32,000 nt of DNA from Acaryochloris marina MBIC11017. Lineage in GTDB: Bacteria > Cyanobacteriota > Cyanobacteriia > Thermosynechococcales > Thermosynechococcaceae. The translations under genes were made by a program, and so were the position numbers. The number at the start of each line of letters is the position of its first letter. Position 1 is the first letter of the stretch. Below, one piece after another: positions 1 to 7,751 of this stretch. The DNA lies in NCBI RefSeq assembly GCF_000018105.1, contig NC_009932.1, positions 1-32,000 on the forward strand. Reading direction: 5' to 3'. The notes beneath the pieces are model-generated. The model did no database searches, was not told where the DNA came from, and saw only the letters and a program-made list of their open reading frames with translations.

Positions 1-1117
1 ACCCGTTTTGGTTATCCCACCAAGGATGCTGCGCAAAGTGTTGATGTGCCACTGGACAAGAGTCATTGAAGACATCAGCGAACAAACTCACCATCAAGAA
101 AGCGCTCATCACTATCTCCCACCACTTTTCAATTTGTTCGTAGTGCGTCATGCGAAAATCAGCCCAACCCAAGGTATCTTTAGACTGTTTGAGACCATAC
201 TCAATCCAAGTTCTGAAGCCATAGCAATCCCCAATTTCATCCAGCTTGATCTCGGGTGCCGCTGCCATGACATAAGAGGTTGAGTTCTCTGGTAGCGTTT
301 GGGGGTCCGTGGTTAATAGCCAATAGCGCTTCTGGTGGTGTCGCTGGCCATAAATGATCTCTTGCCTGTAACGAGTTTCAGTGGTGCCATTGCTGAAGGT
401 TCGTTCAAATGACTGCCACGGTTCGGCAAAGACTGCTTGTTCTGCGGGTAACCACACCGCATGATTGCTACGAATCGCTAGGATATAGGGCAGCTTTAAC
501 TCCTCTAAGACATTCACAAAGTTTGTTTGAGCTTCCCCATACAAGCTGTCAGCCAGGACGAGCTCAAAGCAAAAGCCCATCCCTTGCAACTGTCGGATCA
601 TTCCAGCAGCAATTTGGGGTTTGCTGAGATACTCATCCTCCTCTTTAAGACGTTCTCGGGGTTTGTACACTTCAAAGGACAAAGGCAAAATCATCCCTTG
701 AAACAGCCCGTAGGCAGTGACTGCGACGATGCCATTCTCTTTCTTGCCCACATTGCCGATATACTGCCGTTTCACATAGTCGGTACTCTTGCCTTTTTTG
801 CAATCGCCCGTCTCATCGATCAATAGAATTAACCTGCGCCCATCCAGTATTTTCAAGATGATGTCCAATCTCTTGTCAGACAAATGTGACGCTACCCAAG
901 GTGATTCACTCAGAAAATGATGCAGGCTTTGATGGTTCTCCAAGCCCACTGCTCTTGCAATGGCGGGCAATGATTTACGTTTGATATCACTAATCATCCC
1001 CAGATGGAGATGCTTGAAGGCTTCATAACTGCGGACTTGGGGAAATAACTCTGCAAATAGTTGGCAGTACTCATCAACAAAGCCAATGGTTGGTTCTGGA
1101 CTTCTTGAAGCTGACAT
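1..1117 (-). CDS. IS701-family (IS4 superfamily) DDE transposase; 3' end runs off the left window edge
   Basis: Own minus-strand translation from ATG (CAT at 1115-1117): MSASRSPEPTIGFVDEYCQLFAELFPQVRSYEAFKHLHLGMISDIKRKSLPAIARAVGLENHQSLHHFLSESPW...LILLIDETGDCKKGKSTDYVKRQYIGNVGK...ELVLADSLYGE...WIEYGLKQSKDTLGWADF. It is open for all 372 codons down to position 2. It is absent from the ORF track only because no stop lies in the window. The D/D/E-K motif order and the N-terminal 'RKS...IA' region fit IS701-like transposases as I remember them. Confidence 0.8.
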   Translation of the reverse strand, partial: MSASRSPEPTIGFVDEYCQLFAELFPQVRSYEAFKHLHLGMISDIKRKSLPAIARAVGLENHQSLHHFLSESPWVASHLSDKRLDIILKILDGRRLILLIDETGDCKKGKSTDYVKRQYIGNVGKKENGIVAVTAYGLFQGMILPLSFEVYKPRERLKEEDEYLSKPQIAAGMIRQLQGMGFCFELVLADSLYGEAQTNFVNVLEELKLPYILAIRSNHAVWLPAEQAVFAEPWQSFERTFSNGTTETRYRQEIIYGQRHHQKRYWLLTTDPQTLPENSTSYVMAAAPEIKLDEIGDCYGFRTWIEYGLKQSKDTLGWADFRMTHYEQIEKWWEIVMSAFLMVSLFADVFNDSCPVAHQHFAQHPWWDNQNG

Positions 1118-1190
1118 CACTCATTAGAAAAATAGAAACTGAGAATAGTCTATTTTTTATCTGTCTAAAGTGATAAAAGAGGGATAAGAA
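1..1190 (-). mobile_element. Partial IS701-like insertion sequence; right terminus only approximate
   Basis: Contains the transposase ORF above. The terminal inverted repeat cannot be defined because the other end lies outside the window. The boundary is guessed to fall between the ATG at 1117 and the composition change near 1160-1200. Confidence 0.4.
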
Positions 1191-1611
1191 CGACCATGCC
1201 GACCAGGAAACAGGTAGGTGCGAGTCAGGTCAGGTGCATAAGCCACTAAATAGTCATGCAACTGGGATGCATCGGCACTTATCGCGTATCACGCTTGCCC
1301 TTCGTCTGATGCCAGCGAAACAACACCGATGGCTTGGGTCCACTGACGTTGTGTAATGGAATTTGATTAATAGTGACTCGGCTAATAAAAACTGGCTTCT
1401 TCAACTCATTATTAAAGTGCAATAATAGCTTTTTAAAATTTTATAATTACTTTACCCATTTCCTTTTTATAGATAATTACAATGTTGTAAGAGAAAAGTA
1501 TTGATAACAAACTGACAACTATTCTAAAACTTTTAAATGCTTACATTCTAGAAAGAAAGAAATCAAAAATATTCCCCGTAAGCTACATTAGAAATATGTA
1601 ATTTACTAAAA

Positions 1612-2736
1612 TTATTCATATTTTTTGAGCCATTGATCTATCATTTCTTTATCTCTATCTGACTGTGCAACCTCACGTGCAAAAATCAAAGATTCTTTTA
1701 CTGCTTCGAACTCTCCAATATCTTCTAAAACAAATGCACGATAATACCTTAACTTAAAATCATTAGGATCAATTTCCAATCCACGATCTATACATGTCAA
1801 CGCATTGGAATATTGTTCTAATTCACTCATAGATAAACTCAGCACCCTATAAAGGGTTACTTTATCTTTATCCACATAATTTTTCTCAAGTAGTGACCAA
1901 CAATCTTTAATAGCTTTTTTATACTTCTTATTATGATATTTTATAATAACTTTCAATATCTCAATTCTTTTATCCTTGTTCCATGTATGACAAACTTTTC
2001 TAGCATGTCGTTTTGCAGCTCGATGCTCATCATAGCTGAAGTAAAAATATATCAAGTTTAAATGATTTTCAATATCTCCTGAATCTTCAAGCTTTCTAAT
2101 GATTTTTTCTAATCCAGTTTTAATATGTGATTCTCGGGATAACCTCCAATTTACAACCCACCTACTTGAGTCAAAGCACCAAAAGCATATTAAGAGAATT
2201 ATTTGAGCTATTACAATTAAACTTGCATGAGGTTGAATTTCAAAATTATAAATTATTAACCAGTCACCAAATTGAAGAAGAATAGAACTTATTGGGTAAA
2301 CTATCAATACAAAAATTAATTGTATATATATGTAAAAGTAAATTATTTCAGCAATAATACGTTTCCGAATGCGTTGAAAGAAAGGAATACAGATAATTGC
2401 AGTAAAAAATGACAACAAATTTCCAAATAACGAAACCCACCATTGGTCTGTTTGATAAAAAATTCCTATTTTCTTGATGTATCCCCAAAAGAATCGCCAT
2501 TGGAAATCAGTTACGATCCCACCAAAATGCCAAACAGCTAAACAATGCCCAAATTCATGAATAGGTACACTTAATGGAAGCAAGAAAAATATTACAACTT
2601 GCTTAGCTAATTTCAAGTCATTATAGGTTATTTTGTCATCACAAAATTCTTTTCTTTGTTCAATTAATTCCTTTAATACTTTTGCACAATAAATCAAGAG
2701 TAGAATATTAGATATATCTACAATATATTTCATCAA
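1612..2736 (-). CDS. Polytopic membrane protein with an HExxH (HEFGH) zinc-metalloprotease motif (M50/site-2-protease-like) and C-terminal TPR-like repeats
   Basis: 374-aa ORF. The motif 'PIHEFGHCLAVWHFGG' sits in a hydrophobic segment and is followed by several more predicted TM helices. The C-terminus (YSNALTCIDRGLEIDPNDFKLRYYRAFVLEDIGEFEAVKESLIFAREVA) looks TPR-like. The gene is very AT-rich compared with its flanks. Confidence 0.6.
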   Translation of the reverse strand: MMKYIVDISNILLLIYCAKVLKELIEQRKEFCDDKITYNDLKLAKQVVIFFLLPLSVPIHEFGHCLAVWHFGGIVTDFQWRFFWGYIKKIGIFYQTDQWWVSLFGNLLSFFTAIICIPFFQRIRKRIIAEIIYFYIYIQLIFVLIVYPISSILLQFGDWLIIYNFEIQPHASLIVIAQIILLICFWCFDSSRWVVNWRLSRESHIKTGLEKIIRKLEDSGDIENHLNLIYFYFSYDEHRAAKRHARKVCHTWNKDKRIEILKVIIKYHNKKYKKAIKDCWSLLEKNYVDKDKVTLYRVLSLSMSELEQYSNALTCIDRGLEIDPNDFKLRYYRAFVLEDIGEFEAVKESLIFAREVAQSDRDKEMIDQWLKKYE

Positions 2737-2825
2737 TACTAATTCACCATATAGATTTTTATTGTTAGATTATTTATAGAATAAGGTCAAATAAATCTGA
2801 TTAAACTTGAATAATATTTAATTAA

Positions 2826-2877
2826 TTTTTTTCACTTTCTCAAAAATCAGATTTGATTTTTGAGAAAGTGAAAAAAA
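2826..2877. repeat. Perfect 23-bp inverted repeat (TTTTTTTCACTTTCTCAAAAATC / GATTTTTGAGAAAGTGAAAAAAA) with a 6-nt spacer
   Basis: Read directly: left arm 2826-2848, right arm 2855-2877, no mismatches. It lies 90 bp upstream of the HExxH gene start and about 220 bp downstream of the FHA-like stop. Confidence 0.9.
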
Positions 2878-2989
2878 TTTGCTGAGATGTAGCAGAATAT
2901 TGATGCCAAAAGAGAGAATAATTTTGGAATTATAGCTGGTTTCTATACCTCCACATCTTTTATCTAGGAGATTCCTTCACTCAATATGG

Positions 2990-3027
2990 AATTAATTACC
3001 CCTCTGCTTGCAGCGGGGTAATTAATT
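2990..3027 (-). terminator. Candidate intrinsic (possibly bidirectional) terminator downstream of the FHA-like gene
   Basis: 13-bp arms AATTAATTACCCC (2990-3002) and GGGGTAATTAATT (3015-3027). The loop contains a further CTGC/GCAG pairing. A GC core is flanked by A/T-rich tails, about 70 nt 3' of the stop at 3094. Confidence 0.4.
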
Positions 3028-3093
3028 ATCTGTATGGATGAAGGGCAGCTGAGTCACTGACAAAACAACATGCACTAAAAGAATTTGGATTAA

Positions 3094-6000
3094 TCAGGGA
3101 CAGTCAGCCCCTAACGCTTGTTGACTTTCTTCTGGAGGAGGGGTTTGACCTTGAACATCAGGAATATCAATATCTACCTCCAAATTCACTGTAGGAACTG
3201 CTCCGCAGGCAACATCAGATGTCTTTGACAACTCCTGTAGATCAGTCCAAAATCCTAAGAATTCCGTTGCAGGGATATCAGGGGTGGTTGGCGCAATGGG
3301 TGAGTTTGTCAGGGTAAAATTACCTGCCGTAACGCCAACACCAGTAGCAGTAACCGTAAAGGTACCCGCCGTATCATTAGCTGTGGCGCTCACACTGGCT
3401 ACCCCATTATTGTCGGTGGTGACGGTGGTCGCGCTGAGGGTGCTGGAGGCTCCAGTGCTCGGTGCACTGTAGTTCAGGGTCGTGTTGGGGACCAGATTGC
3501 CAAACTGGTCAGTGACGGTAACATCTAACGTATTCGCAAAGGCGGTGTTGACGGTGGTTGATTGGTTGTTCCCCCCACTGATGGTTAACAAAGCCGGAAC
3601 ATCGGGAGTATTGGTGAGGTTGAAGCTGACTGGGGCAAGGGTACCAGAGCTGCTGGAGATCACATAGCTGCCAGCCACGGTATTGCCAGTGGCACTCACA
3701 CTAGCCACTCCATTACTATCGGTGGTGGCGGTAGTGGCACTGAGGGTGCTGGAGGCTCCAGTGTTCGGTGCGCTGTAGTTCAGAGTCGTGTTGGGGACTA
3801 GATTGCCAAACTGGTCAGTGACGGTAACATCTAACGTATCCGCAAAGGCGGTGTTGACGGTGGTTGATTGGTCATTCCCCCCACTGATGGTTAACAATGC
3901 TGGAACATCGGGGGTATTGGTGAGGTTGAAGCTGGCCGGGGTAAGGGTGCCAGAGCTGCTAGAGATTACATAGCTGCCAGCCACGGTATTGGCAGTCAAA
4001 GTGGGAGCTGTGGCCACCCCTGTGGCATTGGTGACTACCGTGGTGGTGGGGTTGCCATTGAAACTCCCCGTTGCCCCCGTGGGTGAAGGGGTAGCCGTAA
4101 AGGTAACATTGAGCCCCGATACTGGAAGGGGTGAATTAGCAAAGTTTTCTGTGACTTGAGCTTCTAGAGCTGTGGTGAAGGCCGTATTCACAGTCGTTGT
4201 TTGATTATTGCCCGCAGTCACCGCCAAGCTATACCCTTGGGACTCAACAGCCCCAATATCTACTGTGCCGTTGAAACGATTGGCTCCTCGTTGGTCCGTG
4301 GTCAGCGTGGCTGCCATGGCAAGGGCATCACTCCCTGCATTGAGAGCAGGGCTATCCAGGAAAAAGGCGTGAGTTTGGGTGGGGCCGCCATAGTCGCCGA
4401 GGGGGAGCAGCATCGGATCGAGAGGGGTAGCCACACTGCCGACCAGGGTACTGGTGGTGAAAATCCCCTGGTTATCAACGCCAATCAGGTTATTACCCCC
4501 GTCGATAATCGGGGAATTGGTGGCACTTGCTCGTCTTACATCTGGAAATACCGTAGCTGTATTCAGGGCAATGATACTGTTAGCCACGGTTACCCGCGCA
4601 GTATTAGCACCGCCCAAAAAATTAAGATTGAGAATGCCACCTGAGCTGCTCCCTGGATTGGTCACTTCATTCTGGACAATGGTGCTATTGGTGATGGTGA
4701 TGGTCGCGCCCAAGAGGGAAGTTTGTCCCCGGTTGTAGATGCCACCGCCCCCGAAGACCACTGTATTCCCAGAAATGGTGCTGTTGTTGACGATCACCAC
4801 TGCACTGTTGTTAGCATTTTGTCCCAATTGGGCAATGCCACCGCCCACATTGGCATTATTGCCAGTAATCGTGCTGTTGTTGACGGTCATCACCGTACTA
4901 TTAGGGCCGGCCCCCGTAAAGGAAGTGTTGGACAGGGCACCGCCATTACCCATGGCCGTATTCCCAGAAAGGGTGCTGTTGTTGATGGTCACCGTCACAG
5001 CATTGGCAGTAGTATTAAAGCTGGAAATAGCACCCCCATCATCTGCGGCTGTATTGCCAGTAATGATGCTGTTGTTGACCGTTAGCGTTCCTCTGTTGTG
5101 GATGGCCCCACCATCGTCTCCTTGACCACCAGAATTGGCTATCCCACCCGTCAGGGTGATATCGTTGACCTCTAACTCGGCACCTAGGGCTACATGTATC
5201 AACCGAAAGTCAGGGGCAGTAGTATCCCGCGCAAGGGTATTGCCCATGCCATTAATCGTCAACTTTTCGGGTGCCGTAATGGAGGGCAAACCATTCGCTC
5301 CGTTAGTCGCGTTATCTACCGCTGCCAGGGTGATATTATTCGCCAGATTAATCGTATCCGTCTCTGTATTGCCATTCGCAGTATTAATCGCGGCAATCAA
5401 GCTCGCGGCATCCGTTGCGGTAAAGACCTGTAATAATCCCGTATAGTCTGCTAGGGTGGTGGCCTCAAAAGCGCTACCCGTTTCAATGCTGCCAATCGAC
5501 TGCTCCAGTATCCAGTTACCGCCTCGGGCTGTATCTCCGGTTAGATCTGTACTACCTGCCACATCCGCATGGGTCAATTCGGCAATTTTATTCAGCAGCG
5601 CCAGCCCCTCGGGTCCACGGGCTGTCAAACAGGCATAGATTAAAATATCTGCTTCAGTACTGAGTAAGCCTCCCCATTGCTGAAAATGGGCTTTGTATTT
5701 GTCTAAGGTTTCATTGCTCACATAGGCATTGCCCAGCCAAAACTCGCCCTCATCTCCCTCTGAAACGATATGGACGGCATCAACAGCTCCCACCTGTTGT
5801 AAGACGCTGGTGACTCGTTCGATGCCATTTTCGCTCACGGGGATGGCGACCGTTGTCGTCCCGGCTTCAGTTCCAAACAACAGCCTTTGATAGTCCGGTA
5901 CTGTAGTGTCGAGAAAGACTAACTCGTTGGCGTTAGTGCCATCTGCATTAAATCGCGTCACGATTGGGGCACTATGTTGGCCATTGTGAGTGGTAATCAG

Positions 6001-6993
6001 CTTTTCACTGTCCCCCATCACATTGATGCGATTCGCTGCCGCCAACTGCACCTGATTGCCAGTGACGTCCCCGGCAATGGCGACGTCGCCATTCACTACT
6101 GGGGTATTCAGTAGCCAAGTACGACCTTCTGCATCAACCTCCACACCGGTTGCCACTGGGATATCCCCCCCTGTTAATAGTTCTGAAAGGGATACTGCTC
6201 TGGCGTTCTCTGTTGTATCAGGATCCAGTTGGTTTACTTCCAAACTGAGCAACATATCTGGATGATTGATACGTACCCGACGTTGACCGGGTACTGCAGC
6301 CAGGGTAACTTGCCCCCCCTCAGCGGAGAGGGAGCCTGTATTCACGACCGTGCCGCCAATCAGGCTTAAGTTCTGCCCTTTTGCCACTGCTAGGTGACCG
6401 GCATTGACGATGCTACCGGGCTGGTCCGTATTAAACAACAAACTTTGAGGGGTTCCCTCTAAAGCAGCATAGTCATTGTCGCCAACGGCGTTAAACCAAC
6501 CCTTTTCAAAGCCAATTCCATCGGCAGTGGTTGCGCGAAAATCTGCAGGGACATTGATTGTGGCATTGGGACCAAACACAATCCCTGCCGGGTTCATGAG
6601 GTACAGGTTGGCATTGCTTCCCTGGACTTGAATCATGCCATTAATAATCGAGGCATCTCCTCCGTTCACGCGCCCAAGAATATTCTGAATGCCGGGATTG
6701 CTGAGAAAGGTTGCAATTTCCCCTTGGCTAAGGCCAAATTTCTTAAAGCTATGAAATAGATTGGCCCCATCGCCTGAAAGACTGCCACCACTGATGTTAA
6801 ACCGCTTACCATCAGCGGTGACAATGGTCTGAGTGCCGTTGGGTTCAGTGACAATCGATTGGGCGTGGGCTGGCTGCATCCATAAGTACACTCCCAAAAA
6901 CGGTAGCAATAGAAGTCTGGGTATAGGCCAAAGTTTCATAACAACCCTTGGATAAAGATGATTTAGACCGAAGCTGCGCTTGAGTATGCCCAT
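3094..6993 (-). CDS. Filamentous-haemagglutinin-like TpsA exoprotein: TPS domain, DUF4347-like, right-handed beta-helix, three Ig-like repeats
   Basis: TPS signature NGTQTIVTADGKRFNISGGSLSGDGANLFHSFKKFGL...NILGRVNGGDASIINGMIQV...NLYLMNPAGIVFGPNA. DUF4347-like segment LVFLDTTVPDYQRLL...AVHIVSEGDEGEFWLG...ILIYACLTA...ADVAGSTDLTG...GGNWILE. Beta-helix repeats (GGAIHNRGTLTVNNSIITGNTA..., closing DQRGANRF..DIGAVE). Three ~102-aa Ig-like repeats. The likely true start is the internal ATG at 6939 (MKLWPIPRLLLLPFLGVYLWMQPAHAQ, a signal peptide). Confidence 0.9.
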   Translation of the reverse strand: MGILKRSFGLNHLYPRVVMKLWPIPRLLLLPFLGVYLWMQPAHAQSIVTEPNGTQTIVTADGKRFNISGGSLSGDGANLFHSFKKFGLSQGEIATFLSNPGIQNILGRVNGGDASIINGMIQVQGSNANLYLMNPAGIVFGPNATINVPADFRATTADGIGFEKGWFNAVGDNDYAALEGTPQSLLFNTDQPGSIVNAGHLAVAKGQNLSLIGGTVVNTGSLSAEGGQVTLAAVPGQRRVRINHPDMLLSLEVNQLDPDTTENARAVSLSELLTGGDIPVATGVEVDAEGRTWLLNTPVVNGDVAIAGDVTGNQVQLAAANRINVMGDSEKLITTHNGQHSAPIVTRFNADGTNANELVFLDTTVPDYQRLLFGTEAGTTTVAIPVSENGIERVTSVLQQVGAVDAVHIVSEGDEGEFWLGNAYVSNETLDKYKAHFQQWGGLLSTEADILIYACLTARGPEGLALLNKIAELTHADVAGSTDLTGDTARGGNWILEQSIGSIETGSAFEATTLADYTGLLQVFTATDAASLIAAINTANGNTETDTINLANNITLAAVDNATNGANGLPSITAPEKLTINGMGNTLARDTTAPDFRLIHVALGAELEVNDITLTGGIANSGGQGDDGGAIHNRGTLTVNNSIITGNTAADDGGAISSFNTTANAVTVTINNSTLSGNTAMGNGGALSNTSFTGAGPNSTVMTVNNSTITGNNANVGGGIAQLGQNANNSAVVIVNNSTISGNTVVFGGGGIYNRGQTSLLGATITITNSTIVQNEVTNPGSSSGGILNLNFLGGANTARVTVANSIIALNTATVFPDVRRASATNSPIIDGGNNLIGVDNQGIFTTSTLVGSVATPLDPMLLPLGDYGGPTQTHAFFLDSPALNAGSDALAMAATLTTDQRGANRFNGTVDIGAVESQGYSLAVTAGNNQTTTVNTAFTTALEAQVTENFANSPLPVSGLNVTFTATPSPTGATGSFNGNPTTTVVTNATGVATAPTLTANTVAGSYVISSSSGTLTPASFNLTNTPDVPALLTISGGNDQSTTVNTAFADTLDVTVTDQFGNLVPNTTLNYSAPNTGASSTLSATTATTDSNGVASVSATGNTVAGSYVISSSSGTLAPVSFNLTNTPDVPALLTISGGNNQSTTVNTAFANTLDVTVTDQFGNLVPNTTLNYSAPSTGASSTLSATTVTTDNNGVASVSATANDTAGTFTVTATGVGVTAGNFTLTNSPIAPTTPDIPATEFLGFWTDLQELSKTSDVACGAVPTVNLEVDIDIPDVQGQTPPPEESQQALGADCP
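3385..3996 (-). repeat. Two near-identical 306-bp (102-aa) tandem coding repeats (Ig-like modules) in the FHA-like gene
   Basis: The shadow ORFs 3482-3667 and 3788-3973 are near-identical and offset by exactly 306 bp. In the protein, TPDVPALLTISGGN(D/N)QSTTVNTAFA(D/N)TLDVTVTDQFGNLVPNTTLNYSAP... occurs twice. A third, diverged copy lies upstream at about 3997-4300. Confidence 0.85.
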
Positions 6994-7188
6994 TATGAAA
7001 GCATATTTGAATACTCACATATCATCATCCAGCACCATTAAAATATTTAAAAAGAGAAAATTATTTGATGTAGTTGAATGGCTAAATCCTCGAAATCATA
7101 GGCAGTCAAATGTAATGAGTTTTTATAGCAAGTTTTTGAGCATAAAAACCCCGTAACTTAGGCAGTAAGCCTAGATTTTTATCACTTT

Positions 7189-7385
7189 GGCCCAATTGAA
7201 GAGTTGCTGATACCAACTGCAACGAAAGCTAGAAGCTATACAAAGCAGAGACTTCAGGCCTTAGTATTTCTCAATTTTCTTTAGCCTTTAGTAATAATTT
7301 GGATTCTTCTCGAACGTATTTGCGTCGTTTCAAGCCCCTAAAAGTGTTTGATTGCAGCTGGTGTCAGCGACCCTTCAATTGGGCC
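7189..7385. repeat. 34-bp imperfect inverted repeats enclosing about 130 bp (MITE-like or long-stem element) in the divergent intergenic region
   Basis: Arm 1 at 7189-7222 is GGCCCAATTGAAGAGTTGCTGATACCAACTGCAA. The reverse complement of arm 2 (7352-7385) is GGCCCAATTGAAGGGTCGCTGACACCAGCTGCAA. That is 30 of 34 identical, and all four differences are transitions. Confidence 0.8.
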
Positions 7386-7554
7386 TTGTAGTTTCTTGAA
7401 TTTTTGGATAATTCTTACAGATGGGAGTTTACCTTTCATCAGGCCTATATTAGGTGCAAATTATTTTAGCTAATTTAGGGTTATCTAATAATTCAAAGAA
7501 TTCGCTAATTCATCTCAAAACTCTAATCTAATGACATTTGGCCACTCTGTTAAT

Positions 7555-7660
7555 TAGCTATTTCAGGTAATAAATATCAACAAGATAATACTTAATAATT
7601 TGTCTTAATCAAGACCTTATTAACGCTAACTACTAAACTAAAAAGTAGCTATTTCAGGTA
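7555..7660 (+). repeat. 15-bp exact direct repeat TAGCTATTTCAGGTA (7555-7569 and 7646-7660) upstream of the inverse-autotransporter gene
   Basis: Read directly. Spacing is 91 bp and the distal copy ends 92 bp before the ATG at 7752. An AAGGAG Shine-Dalgarno sits at 7739-7744. Confidence 0.6.
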
Positions 7661-7751
7661 GGTTACACACAAAATCCGAAATCATTTATCAGATTATAAT
7701 TTCCCCTCAGCATCGTTCCATTTCCTTTCCTGAAAATTAAGGAGCTAAGTT

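Noticed and set aside
8-826. Plus-strand ORFs 8-283, 409-627 and 527-826 from the ORF track
   Set aside because: They lie antisense to a 372-codon uninterrupted minus-strand frame with clear DDE-transposase motifs. Their translations have no recognisable features. They are shadow ORFs.
2826-2877. The 23-bp-arm palindrome as an intrinsic terminator
   Set aside because: The T-run is 5' of the stem and pairs with the A-run, so on either strand the hairpin is followed by A7 rather than U-rich sequence.
3284-6854. Many 60-150-aa ORFs on both strands inside the FHA-like gene (for example 4201-4644, 4739-5125, 5135-5446, 6666-6854)
   Set aside because: They are all nested in the 1299-aa ORF, which has strong TPS and beta-helix signatures. 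The periodic, low-complexity translations (near-duplicates 3482-3667 and 3788-3973) are by-products of the coding repeats.
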